Both the position numbers and the translations under genes were made by a program. From assembly GCA_963767925.1 (NCBI GenBank), contig CAVYGB010000008.1, positions 832,001 through 896,000 of the forward strand: DNA of 64,000 nt, given 5' to 3'. The notes under the pieces were generated by a model that saw only the letters and a list, made by a program, of their open reading frames with translations, was not told the origin of the DNA and made no database searches. This document shows positions 22,308 to 31,880 of the stretch, piece by piece (the stretch's first letter is position 1; each line of letters starts with the position of its first letter). The DNA is from an uncultured delta proteobacterium (GTDB taxonomy: Bacteria; Myxococcota_A; Polyangia; Fen-1088).

Positions 22308-23327
22308 ATGTCGCAGGCGCACCAGACTGACCCGGAGGCGAGCGCCGCGCAGCCCGCTGTCCCGGCCCCGCCGGTCGGCCGGCCCGAGACGCTCTCCGGG
22401 GTGGGTGTGTACCAGCTCCTGGCCCCGCTGCTGGTCGGGCGGACCGTGCTGGAGCTGTGGCCCCTGCTGGCCGACGGCCGGTCGCGCCTCGAGCAGGCCG
22501 GGGCGGGAGAGGTGGTCTGCTTGTCCCCGGAGGAGCCGTCGCTGCCGCTGGCCGACGCCTCGATCGACGTCGTCCTCTGTCTGGCCGGCTTCGGTCCCCG
22601 TCCCCGCAGCGAACAGGGGGCCTGGCTGACCGAGCTGCGCCGGGTGCTGCAACCGGAGGGGCTCACGGTCTTTCGGATGCAATGCGACGGCGAGGACCTC
22701 GGCCCCGAGGACCGGGTTCTCCTGGTGGGCGAGGGCGGCCCCCCGCCCCGGGTCGTGAAGGAGACCCCCTTCGTGGGCGTGTCGTTCTTCGCGCCCGACA
22801 CCGAGGACATGGCGATCGCCGGCGACCTGGGACGGCTGGCCGCCTCGCCGACCCACCATCTGCTGCTTTTGAGCCGGGCCCCCGAGCCCACCTGGAGATT
22901 GCCCGAGTCGCTGTTCATCCCGCTCGACGACCTGCGGGCCGACCTGTCGCAGCGGGCGGCCTGGGAAAAGCAGCTCCACGCCGAGCGCGACGACCTCCGG
23001 GAGACGGCCATGACCCTCCAGGACCAGCTCGACCGGCGCGAAGCCGCCCTGGCCGCCTTCCGCCGGCGGAGCGCCCGCCGCCTGGAAGAGACCTCCGACC
23101 TGCAGGCCACCCTGGAGGCCCTCACCCTGGAGCGCGATCTCCTGGAGAAGCGGGCCCAGCGAGCGGAGAAAGCCGTCACCGACCTGGAGGTGGCCACCCG
23201 CCGCCGCGACGTCACCCTGGCCGCCCAGGACGCCGAGTTGACCCGCCTGCGCGCCCGCCCCCCCGCCCGCCCCGAAAAATCCCCCCCCGACCCCCAGCCC
23301 CCTCAGAAGAACAAGCCCCCCGCTTGA
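22308..23327 (+). CDS. Degenerate methyltransferase-like domain plus coiled coil
   Basis: LPLADASIDVV, ELRRVLQPEG; heptad C-terminus. Confidence 0.6.
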   Translation: MSQAHQTDPEASAAQPAVPAPPVGRPETLSGVGVYQLLAPLLVGRTVLELWPLLADGRSRLEQAGAGEVVCLSPEEPSLPLADASIDVVLCLAGFGPRPRSEQGAWLTELRRVLQPEGLTVFRMQCDGEDLGPEDRVLLVGEGGPPPRVVKETPFVGVSFFAPDTEDMAIAGDLGRLAASPTHHLLLLSRAPEPTWRLPESLFIPLDDLRADLSQRAAWEKQLHAERDDLRETAMTLQDQLDRREAALAAFRRRSARRLEETSDLQATLEALTLERDLLEKRAQRAEKAVTDLEVATRRRDVTLAAQDAELTRLRARPPARPEKSPPDPQPPQKNKPPA

Positions 23328-23352
23328 CCTCGCCCGAGCCGTTCTTTATGTT
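23324..23352 (+). promoter_or_regulatory. Sigma70-like promoter of tRNA-Leu
   Basis: TTGACC-N17-TATGTT ending 10 nt upstream of the tRNA. Confidence 0.6.
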
Positions 23353-23362
23353 CCTCCCTCAC

Positions 23363-23446
23363 GCGGTCGTGGCGGAACTGGTAGACGCGCCAGATTCAGG
23401 TTCTGGTGATCGAAAGATTGTGGGAGTTCGATTCTCCCCGACCGCA
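23363..23446 (+). tRNA. tRNA-Leu(CAG)
   Basis: GCGGTCG/CGACCGC acceptor stem, CCAGA-TTCAGGT-TCTGG anticodon arm, long variable arm, GTTCGA T-loop. Confidence 0.95.
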
Positions 23447-23685
23447 CCCAGATCCCTCTGAAATTTAAGCTCTTCTCGATAGCCGGAGAGAGCCTCGCTC
23501 ACGCTGGTCGACTGCTGGGGACAAGTGGGGACAAACGGCGCGCGCGCGTTTCTGGCCGTTTCCCGCCGTTTCCGCGCACGCGCCAGAATGGTGTTCTGGC
23601 GCGTTTTCTGACGCGACCTCTCGGCTGGTCGCGGTTGGTCGCTCACGGCGGCGGCCCGACTTCCGGGGTTTGAGTGGCCGTTCCG

Positions 23686-23965
23686 GTGGACCCAGACGTT
23701 CTCCAGCGCGAACGGAAAATCGAGCAGCCGGGGCGCGAGGTCTTCGAACACGAGATCGAGTGAGGGCTGCGGGGCGAACCACAGAGTTTGCCATACCGGG
23801 TCCTTGCCGCCCCGTATGGTGCTTCCCGTGGCAGTGGCTTCCATCGGTGCGAGCGGCCATTCGGTACGGTACTCATGCACTTGGCGCTTCGGACCCAGGC
23901 TGGAACCGAGCAAGACAGCTGCCTTTTCGAGATCCAGCGGCGATAGGTGCGAAGCCTTGAGGAAC
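23686..23965 (-). pseudogene. Internal fragment of a gene homologous to 53588-54337
   Basis: LGPKRQVHEYRTEWPLAP..WQTLWF.PQPSL..EDLAP.LLD.PFALENVWVH matches the 53588 protein. Confidence 0.8.
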
Positions 23966-24011
23966 TGGTCGTCGCGCTCGAAAGTAGCTTTGTTGTCACC
24001 CCGAGGCCCCC

Positions 24012-24785
24012 ATGATTCGTCCGACCTCTAGCCCCGCGCGAATCCGTCGGTTCCGGCCGAGAAGCGTGCGACATGTTTCCATCGCCGGTGTGGTCCACGA
24101 AGGAGTGACGCTCTTCCACCTGCTGGGGCGGCGGGCGCTTCTCGACGACAGCGCGGACATCGTCGCCGATCGCTTCATACGGGGAATCACCCACCTGCTA
24201 CGCAGCTTTCGTCCCGACTTTTTCTACGTTGGCGGCGGCATGTCTGAAGCTGCCGCGGTCCGCGCCGCCATCGATCGATGGGCCTCCGCGCCGATCGTCC
24301 TGTCCCGGGGGGGACGGTTCGTGGGGGAAGCGGGCGGCTTCAGCATCGCAGGACCGTCAGCGGTGATCTTCGACGTGGGCCAGACCGCCATCAAGGTCAG
24401 CCGCGGTGGTTTGCGCCGGGTTCACGATCGCCCGCCCGCGGGTCGGGAGCCCGATGGCTACGACGTGGCGGGCATATCCTTCATCAAAGAGGTCATCGCG
24501 TCCGAACTGAGAGCCGCGGCGGCGGGATCGCCGGCCGTGCTGGCGGTGCCCGGCGACGTGGGCGACGGTCTCACGCCTGGAATCTCGAACTACCGCTGGC
24601 AGGGTCGCGCGGACACGATAGGTGGGTTGCTTCCGACCGATGACCGCGATCGCGAAGTCCTGGTGCTCAACGATGCCGAGCTCGCCGCGGAATCGGCGCG
24701 GCTGGAGGTGAGTCGCGCGCTGGGAAAGCGCTGCTTCGTCTTGACGCTTGGACACGCGCCCGGCGGGGCCTTGCTGTCGCTATGA
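24012..24785 (+). CDS. ROK-like (ASKHA) protein, apparently circularly permuted
   Basis: DVGQTAIK, AVPG, LNDAELAA, LTLGHAPGG in the C-half; FRPD..YVGGG and GEAGG in the N-half. Confidence 0.7.
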   Translation: MIRPTSSPARIRRFRPRSVRHVSIAGVVHEGVTLFHLLGRRALLDDSADIVADRFIRGITHLLRSFRPDFFYVGGGMSEAAAVRAAIDRWASAPIVLSRGGRFVGEAGGFSIAGPSAVIFDVGQTAIKVSRGGLRRVHDRPPAGREPDGYDVAGISFIKEVIASELRAAAAGSPAVLAVPGDVGDGLTPGISNYRWQGRADTIGGLLPTDDRDREVLVLNDAELAAESARLEVSRALGKRCFVLTLGHAPGGALLSL

Positions 24786-25720
24786 GCACCACCAGCACCC
24801 CGGCGAACGGAGCCCCCGGCGGTTCCCGGCCCCTTTGCAGCGTGAGCGTCATCGCCTTGACCTGCAATCAGCCGGACGCGCTCAGGCTACTGCTCGCGGC
24901 GCTGGGCGAGCAGGTCGATCCGCCGCCATTCGAGGTGGTGGTCACCGACGATGGATCGAGCTGCGACAACGCCCGCATCGTGGCCCTGGCGGCGGCGGAA
25001 CGCGGTCTCGAAATCCGTTACGTGTGGCAGCCCGACCTGGGATTCCGAGCGGCCCGCGCCCGCAACAACGGCATCCGAGGGGCGCGCGGGGACCTGCTGG
25101 TCTTCCTCGACGGTGACATCGTCGTGCCTCCCACCTTCCTACGATCGCACTTCGTCCGGCACGACGGCAGCAAGAAGGTCGTCTGTGGCCGTCGTCGACA
25201 CGTACCTTCAGGGGCCTGCCATCTCGGTCGATACGACCAGTACCTGCTGCGCGCCCTCGCGGACAGGAGCCAGAGTGCCGATCCCGCTCAGGCCTACTGG
25301 AGCGAGGGGCCCCATCCCTGGATGGCGCTGATCAGCTTCGCCTTCAGCGCGCCCCGGGACAACGACTTGCTGTTCGACGAGGAGATGGAGGGATGGGGAA
25401 GCGAAGATCGCGAGCTCGCCCTGCGCCTTCATCAGCGGCACGGCTATGATTTCGTTCTGCCAAACGACCTGGACCCCGTCTTTCACCTCCTCACACCCGG
25501 CTTCACCGTCCACCACGAGAAAATCGTGAGTGGAATCAAGAACAAGCTCTACCTCGTCGCCAGACACGGCTTGGAGGCCGTCGCCCCGGCCCTCGAGCCG
25601 ATGCGCGCCTGGAGGGTCGACCCGACCACAGACCGGTGGACGTCAACCGGTCGGCGACGACCCGAGCCGCTCGACCAGCTCCTGGCCGAGGCCCGTGACT
25701 GGCTGGCCCGCCACGGGTGA
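24782..25720 (+). CDS. GT2 family glycosyltransferase
   Basis: VTDDGS, ARNNG, FLDGD, GWGSED; ATGA-coupled to the upstream gene. Confidence 0.9.
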   Translation: MSTTSTPANGAPGGSRPLCSVSVIALTCNQPDALRLLLAALGEQVDPPPFEVVVTDDGSSCDNARIVALAAAERGLEIRYVWQPDLGFRAARARNNGIRGARGDLLVFLDGDIVVPPTFLRSHFVRHDGSKKVVCGRRRHVPSGACHLGRYDQYLLRALADRSQSADPAQAYWSEGPHPWMALISFAFSAPRDNDLLFDEEMEGWGSEDRELALRLHQRHGYDFVLPNDLDPVFHLLTPGFTVHHEKIVSGIKNKLYLVARHGLEAVAPALEPMRAWRVDPTTDRWTSTGRRRPEPLDQLLAEARDWLARHG

Positions 25721-26099
25721 CGCCGCGGCGACCCGCTCCCGCTCCCGCTCCCGCGCCGACGGCGCTTTGCACGCCGGCCGCGGCCACCACCGATTGCCGG
25801 TGGCGGGCGTCCAGATGGCGCGCCCGTCCTCACCAACCAGATGGAGAGCGTCCGGGTGGCGTTCGGGCTGGGGCGCGAGGGGGGGCTCCGGCGGAGCGGG
25901 ATTCTGCGGGGCTTAGCGACCTCGCCCTGCTGGCCGATTGGGGTCCGTCGCTACGGATCTGATCGTTGCGCGTGCTGGGACTACTGGTGCGCTGGTCTGC
26001 CCGACGGGCCCGCTCCGCGGCGGGGAGGCCGACCTCCGCCGCCGCTGCGCGAACTGACCCGGCTGGCAAGCCAGCGGCGCCGGGGTTATGGTCCCCGTC

Positions 26100-26867
26100 A
26101 TGCCATGGCTCACGCTGTCTCTTCGTCGCGGCCTGGTCATCGGGTTGGGACCTGGGCGCTTTCACGCCCTGGTGTGTCTCGCGCTGCTGTGCCCGGTTCA
26201 CGCGTGTGCAGGGCCGGCAGAGCTGGCGGCGCCGAAGGGGACGGAGACGTCGGCAAAGACGCCGGTGAGTCCGCCCACCACGAACCCGGGAAAGGCCCGA
26301 CAGCTGGTAGAAGCGATCATCAAGGTCAGCCAGTTACCGCGGTTGGATCGGGTGAAAGCCGCCGAGATCCTCGGTACCCGGCTGGGTGCCCAGAGGAACG
26401 CCACCGAGTACCGCATGGAATGGTCCCTCGAGCCCACGGAGCTGATCGCCGAGGGGACCGCTGTGGGAGTCCGCCGCAAAGCCTGGACGCTCCTGGAGAT
26501 CGTGCCTCACCCCTCTCTCGAGCTGGCCTTCGAGGACTTCGTGCCCTACCTCCTCGACGCGAGCTACACGTTGGACGCGCTAAGAGTCCACCTCGTCCAC
26601 GACTCGGTGGCCACGAGTATCACGCGCATCAGACACGTGTTCCGGATCGAAGGCGGCGAATTGACCATCGAAGTACCGACCACGGTGCCGCCCGAGACCC
26701 CCGACCAGGATTCGAAAGCCACAACCGAAGGCTGGGATGCAGCGAAGGGCAGAAGCTCCAGCCGGAGTCAGGTGATGACCGTCTTTTTCAACAACGAGCT
26801 CGGCAGAAGCTGGCGAAACCCGCGCACGCTCCGGCAGTTCCGTGAGCCTCGGAAGGCCCCCAACTGA
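26100..26867 (+). CDS. Exported hypothetical protein (candidate immunity partner)
   Basis: Hydrophobic leader with Cys; close homolog at 40456, distant homolog at 53588. Confidence 0.7.
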   Translation: MPWLTLSLRRGLVIGLGPGRFHALVCLALLCPVHACAGPAELAAPKGTETSAKTPVSPPTTNPGKARQLVEAIIKVSQLPRLDRVKAAEILGTRLGAQRNATEYRMEWSLEPTELIAEGTAVGVRRKAWTLLEIVPHPSLELAFEDFVPYLLDASYTLDALRVHLVHDSVATSITRIRHVFRIEGGELTIEVPTTVPPETPDQDSKATTEGWDAAKGRSSSRSQVMTVFFNNELGRSWRNPRTLRQFREPRKAPN

Positions 26868-26871
26868 CCGG

Positions 26872-27771
26872 TTACGGGTTGGAGCCGGGGTTGGCCTGGC
26901 GGTCGTCCCACTCTTTGCTGAGCTGCTGAGCAGCGAGCTGCTCCTTCGTGATGTAGGTGCCATCCGGGTTGATTCCGGCGGGCTCGCGCGACATGACCTC
27001 GGTCATCTCGGCCTTGGCCTGCTCTTCGGAGATCTCGCCACTCTTGTACCGCTCGTAGATGGCGATGTACTGGTCATCGAACGTCCCGCGGATGCCGATG
27101 TCCGGCCCGTCCTCGGTCTCGCCGTCGGTGTTCATGATCTCGTCGCGGGCGCGGGCGTTGTCGAAGGCGGCAGCACCCTCGTGCTCCATCGCCGGCTGCA
27201 CGTTCTTCGAGACGTATTCGCCCTTGGTGTCGGCGTCCACCCGCTCAGGGAAGGGCTTGGCTGCATGACCGATCTCGTGGGCCAGCAGAGAGGCGAGGTC
27301 GTGGCCGCCCTTGGCCAGGTCCTGCTCGTCGATGAAGATCCTCATCTTGTTCGGTTCGGCTTTCGATCCACTGCCGTACGGGACGACTTCGATCTCCCAG
27401 CCGTTGGCTTTTGCCTCGGCCCACTGCTGTCGCAGGGTCGGGCTGCGGTTGATGACGTCATCAATCTTTGCGCCCAGACCTGTCTTGACCGGCGGCGGCT
27501 CCGCGCTGGCCGGGGGTGCTGACGGCGGAGCTTCGACCTCCAGGGTGGTCGGCGTCTCGGGCGTGGGCTTCGCCGGCTGCGGGTTTCCACCACCACCGCC
27601 GCCGCCGAAGTAGGGTTGGTTGGTGGGGGGTGGGTCTACGCCGTCGAACGGCCAGATCGAGTCCGGGTCCGGCGCCTCGAGTGGCGCCTGCTCGATCACT
27701 TCTATGGAGACGAAGCTGCCATCTACCGGGAGTGGGGTGCCTTGACCAGTGATGGAGTTGATACCTGACAT
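26872..27771 (-). CDS. HEXXH zinc-metallopeptidase-like protein with Pro-rich N-terminus
   Basis: LAHEIGHA plus downstream EHEG; AGGAGG RBS. Confidence 0.75.
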   Translation of the reverse strand: MSGINSITGQGTPLPVDGSFVSIEVIEQAPLEAPDPDSIWPFDGVDPPPTNQPYFGGGGGGGNPQPAKPTPETPTTLEVEAPPSAPPASAEPPPVKTGLGAKIDDVINRSPTLRQQWAEAKANGWEIEVVPYGSGSKAEPNKMRIFIDEQDLAKGGHDLASLLAHEIGHAAKPFPERVDADTKGEYVSKNVQPAMEHEGAAAFDNARARDEIMNTDGETEDGPDIGIRGTFDDQYIAIYERYKSGEISEEQAKAEMTEVMSREPAGINPDGTYITKEQLAAQQLSKEWDDRQANPGSNP

Positions 27772-28764
27772 GCGAAGTCCTCCTGGATTCAACGGTCCAT
27801 TTCATGGCGAGCGAGGCCGGCTCGGCGAGAGTCAGGACATGTCCGTCGGCCACGGCTGGAGCTTGCTATGGGTTGCGCAGCAGTTTTGCAGCGCAACAAG
27901 CCACAGATACCATGGTCGGCTGCCATGGTGAAGAGAGACGCGCTCGCCTTCGTTGGAGGTTTTTCACGAGCCCCCACACGGCCGCGCGCAGGGCACGCAT
28001 CAGTTGGCTTACCTCGTGTGTCAGGCCCTGGCGAGGGTGGGCCGGTACGCCGCCTCGACCTCTATCCGGACAGCTGCGAAGCCACGGCGCCCTCGTGTTG
28101 CCGTCGAGCCCGCCAGGGCGCCGGCATCGGAGGCCTCGCCGCTGGCCGTGCACGAGGCGCAGGCGCACGTCGTGCCCGTCATCGCTGCCCGCTGGGCTGG
28201 CATCCCGGAGGTGGTTACCCACGGCGAGACCGGCTTCCTCCTCGACACGCGCGTCGCTCCGCTGCAGCCTCACGTGGCGACCACGACGTTTGGCGAGACC
28301 GACCGAACCCATTTCGATGCCACCTGCTCCGCCGCCGAGAAGGCCTGGGCCGGCCCAGCACCGTCTCGTCCGCTGGTCCACCTCGACGACGTGCTCGCGG
28401 CTCAGGCCGCCGGGACGCTGGAGCCAGGACACCGTTTGCGCATGGCTGACGAGCAGCCTCTGCCGTTGCTGACCCGAGGTTCCTACTCCGAGTCGTCCGC
28501 TCAGCTCTCCTGCGTGCTCGGTCTCTTCCAGAGCGGCGAGGTCGTCTCCGTTGTGGACGCGGCTGCCTCGGCGGCTGCCTTCGCGCGCGCCGCGACCCCT
28601 GCCTTTAGCGCCGGCCTGAAGGTGATCCACCCCGCGGCGAGATCGTGAGCCACCCGGGGTGGCGGGCGCCGTAGGGACGGCGGCGGGATCGTGATCCACC
28701 CCGGCCGAAGAGGGAGACCGGGACGGGACGCGGCAGGGAGACGGTAGTAGTGGTGGCGCCTGCG

Positions 28765-29205
28765 ATGAAGCAGGGAGCCCCGCGGAAGAGGTGCACGGAG
28801 TGCCGGCAGTGGTACACGCCGTGTGTACGGTCGGCCGATCGGCAGCGGACGTGCGGCGGGGGCGCGTGCCGGGCGCGGCGGCGACGCCGACTCGGACGGC
28901 AACGGCGGTGGCAGGACGTGCAGAGCGCGCGGGTGGCCGAGCGCGAGCGACAGCGACGGTGGCGGGCCGAGCGCCGCGCGCGAGCGATGGAGGAGAAGGA
29001 GGGGCCCCGGCCGCCATCTGAGGCCACCTGTCACGCGCCGGCTTCGGCCTCCATCAGCGGGGATTTGCGGGACAAAGTGCGCCAGTCCGTGGACATGGCG
29101 TTCGACTTGTCACGCGCCGCCTTCCTGCGCCTGGTGCCCAAAATTCTCGGGGATTTCATGCGATCCGCGGGGAAATCTGGGACAAAAAGTGGGCCGGGAG
29201 CGTGA
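28765..29205 (+). CDS. Small Cys-motif (Zn-finger-like) basic protein
   Basis: CTECRQWY...QRTCGGGAC followed by Arg-rich helix. Confidence 0.6.
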   Translation: MKQGAPRKRCTECRQWYTPCVRSADRQRTCGGGACRARRRRRLGRQRRWQDVQSARVAERERQRRWRAERRARAMEEKEGPRPPSEATCHAPASASISGDLRDKVRQSVDMAFDLSRAAFLRLVPKILGDFMRSAGKSGTKSGPGA

Positions 29206-29326
29206 CTGTCACGCGCCGGCTTTTCGTCGTATGCCCGCGGGACCATTGAGGATTCACCCGCGATCCTGGACAGGCTGTCACGCTCCGACCTTCGCCAACG
29301 CGGTCGTGACGTGGTTTGTGGAGGCC

Positions 29327-30280
29327 ATGGCAGCCGTCGTGGCCCCCGAAGAGCGCGCGGTCGCCCTCACCGCGCTCGGCGAGACCCACGGGCGCTTGCG
29401 CCTGCTGGACGCGGGGGCTGTCCGCCAGATGCGCGAGTCGCTCGAGCGCCACGGACAGCTGATGGCGGTCGCCGCGTACCGCCCCGGCGATGGCGGTGGC
29501 GGCCCCCTCGAGGTCGTGGACGGCTTCAAGCGGGTGCATGCCGCTCGTGGGCTCGGCTGGGGGGAGCTGCGGGTCCGCGTGCTGCCGGTGGACGCGGTGG
29601 AGGCGAAGGTGGCGATGGGGGTGCTCAATCACGGGCGCGGGCTGTCCGAGCTCGAGGAGGCGTGGCTGGTGCGCGCGCTGCACCGTGAGGACGCGCTGAC
29701 GCAGCCCCAGATCGGGCGGCTGCTGGGGCGGCACAAGAGCTGGGTGAGCCGGCGGTTGCTGCTGGCCGAGGGGCTGGACGAGGCGGTGCAGGCGGACGTC
29801 CGGCTGGGCCTCGTCGCCGCGAGCACGGCGACGGCGGTGGCGCGGTTGCCCCGGTGCAACCAGCTCGCGGCGGCGGAGGCGGTGATGCGCAGGGGGCTCA
29901 CCAGGCACCAGACCGAGCGCCTCATCACCGAGGTGCTGGCGCGGCCAGCGGCCGAGCGCGAGCTGGCCCTGTGCGAATCCGCCGAGCGCTTCCCCCTGCT
30001 CGGCGATGGCCCGGCGACCGGCAGACGCCACGGCAGCGAGCGGACGCCCGCGCAGTCGTTGATGGCGGACATCGGGACCCTGGCGCGGATCGCGGCCCGC
30101 GTGCAGGCGCGGCTGTGGGAGCGTCCGCTGTCGGCGCTGGGCGAGCCGGCCGCGCGCCTGGTCGCCGATGGGCTCGCGGGGCTCGATCCGGTGCTCACCG
30201 CGCTCAGCCGGACGATCGCGCGCGCCGTGACCGCAGACCCACGGGCCCAGGGACATGTGGAAGACGCGCCCCGAGCTTGA
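29327..30280 (+). CDS. ParB/Srx N-terminal domain protein with HTH
   Basis: SLERHGQL, VVDGFKRV.AA, LTQPQIGRLLGRHKSWVSRRL; GGAGG RBS. Confidence 0.85.
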   Translation: MAAVVAPEERAVALTALGETHGRLRLLDAGAVRQMRESLERHGQLMAVAAYRPGDGGGGPLEVVDGFKRVHAARGLGWGELRVRVLPVDAVEAKVAMGVLNHGRGLSELEEAWLVRALHREDALTQPQIGRLLGRHKSWVSRRLLLAEGLDEAVQADVRLGLVAASTATAVARLPRCNQLAAAEAVMRRGLTRHQTERLITEVLARPAAERELALCESAERFPLLGDGPATGRRHGSERTPAQSLMADIGTLARIAARVQARLWERPLSALGEPAARLVADGLAGLDPVLTALSRTIARAVTADPRAQGHVEDAPRA

Positions 30281-31880
30281 GCACCAGGTGGTGACCCTGG
30301 CGGGCCAAGGCCTCGCGCGGCGAGCGATCGCCCGCGCGATGGGCGTCAGCCGCAACACCGTGCGGAAGATCCTGGATGCGCACGTCGAGTCCCGGCAGGC
30401 GCCACACGCGGCGCTCACGCCTGCGCCCGCGCGGGTCCCGCGCGCGCAGAAGCTCGACGACTTTCGCGGCAAGGTCACGGATCTGCTGACCCGGTTTCCC
30501 GACATCACGGCGCAGAGGATCTTCGAAGAGCTGCGCGTGGCGGGTTACGACGGCGGCTACACGCAGATCAAGGTGCACGTCGGGCGGGTGCGGCCACTTC
30601 CGCCGCCGAAGCCGAGCCTGTCGACGCCGATCTACGGCCCGGGCGAGATGGCCGAGAGCGACTGGTCGCCGTACGTGATCGACTTCCTGAACGGGCGGCG
30701 TGCGAAGGTGCAGGCGCTGTCGTACGTGCTGGTGTGGAGCCGCCGCAAGCGCTTCCAGGTGTACGACCGCAGCGATCTGTACGCGCTGATGGACGGGCAC
30801 GTCGAGATCTTCGAGCGCCTGGACGGCGCGGCGGCGAGGTGCAAATACGACAGCCAGAAGCCGGTGGTGCTCGGGTGGGAGGGGCAGCAGCCTATCTACA
30901 ACCCGCGCTACCTCGCGTTCGCCGCGCACTACGAGTTCGCGCCGGTGGCCGTCCGCCGCAGGCACCCCAACGACAAGCCCCGGACGGAGCGGAGCCTGTG
31001 GGAGTTCGAGCAGAGCTTCCTCAACGGACGCCGCTTCCGCGACCTCGCGGACATGCGCGCCCAGCTCGCCGCCTGGAACGACGGTATCTGCGATCAACGC
31101 CGCCGATCGGCGGGCCGGCCCACGCCGCTCGAGCGCTACGCGGAGGAGCGGCCACACTTGCGGCGCTTGCCCGCGCACCCGTACGACGCGGCCAGGGTGC
31201 TCTACCGGGTCTGCAGCATCGACGGCTTCGTCTCGGTCGACGGCAATCGCTACGCCGTCCCATACGAGCACGTCACCGACATCCTGCCGGTGCGGGTGAC
31301 CCAGCACGAGCTCTTCATCTACGCCGCCGACCTCGCGCTCGTCGCACGCCACGAGCTCGCGCCCCGAGGCGCCGGCCACGACATCGTGCCCCCGGGCGTG
31401 CACAAGCCCCCGAGTCGTGGAGGCGCCGACCTCGACCAGCTCCAGATCGCCTTCACGCGGATGGGCGAGGACGCCGCGCTCTTCTTCGCTGGGCTGCACA
31501 CGGCACAGCAGCGCCAGGCCGGTTATCACGCCAGGCAGATCCTGCTGCTGCGCGAGCGATACGCCACCGCCGATCTCGCGGCGGCGCTCCGACACGCCCA
31601 CGCCTACGGCGCCTTCGAGTGCCGCGCCATCGAGCGGATCCTCGCCGCGCGCGCGGCCCCGCGCCGGCTGGCGGAGTATGTCGCCGAGGAGACGGTCCGC
31701 CGCCTCGACGAGCCCGCCGGCGACAGCTTCCTCCGCGACCTCGACGAGTACGACCGCCTCCCCGGAGCGGGGAGCCTCAAGGAGCCCCCATGCCCAAGCC
31801 CGGACGCCACAAGCCCCAGCCCACAGGCGCCGACTCCGTCATCGACCGACTCCGCCGACACCTCGAAGTCCTCGGCCTGA
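30255..31880 (+). CDS. istA: IS21-family transposase
   Basis: HTH GVSRNTVRK, PGEMAESDW, KYDSQK, KPRTER, DGNRYAVP. Confidence 0.9.
   Translation: MWKTRPELEHQVVTLAGQGLARRAIARAMGVSRNTVRKILDAHVESRQAPHAALTPAPARVPRAQKLDDFRGKVTDLLTRFPDITAQRIFEELRVAGYDGGYTQIKVHVGRVRPLPPPKPSLSTPIYGPGEMAESDWSPYVIDFLNGRRAKVQALSYVLVWSRRKRFQVYDRSDLYALMDGHVEIFERLDGAAARCKYDSQKPVVLGWEGQQPIYNPRYLAFAAHYEFAPVAVRRRHPNDKPRTERSLWEFEQSFLNGRRFRDLADMRAQLAAWNDGICDQRRRSAGRPTPLERYAEERPHLRRLPAHPYDAARVLYRVCSIDGFVSVDGNRYAVPYEHVTDILPVRVTQHELFIYAADLALVARHELAPRGAGHDIVPPGVHKPPSRGGADLDQLQIAFTRMGEDAALFFAGLHTAQQRQAGYHARQILLLRERYATADLAAALRHAHAYGAFECRAIERILAARAAPRRLAEYVAEETVRRLDEPAGDSFLRDLDEYDRLPGAGSLKEPPCPSPDATSPSPQAPTPSSTDSADTSKSSA

Noticed and set aside
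17457..23215. Long alternative-frame ORFs (e.g. 17457-19544, 19193-20860, 21428-23215)
   Set aside because: GC-rich shadow ORFs, Arg/Pro/Gly-rich, overlapping well-supported genes.
23968..27790. Duplication as a simple assembly repeat artefact
   Set aside because: The copies differ by many substitutions and intergenic indels and have different flanks; strain chimerism still needs a read check.
29029..29293. CRISPR-like array
   Set aside because: Repeats are short, degenerate and irregularly spaced; no cas genes recognised.
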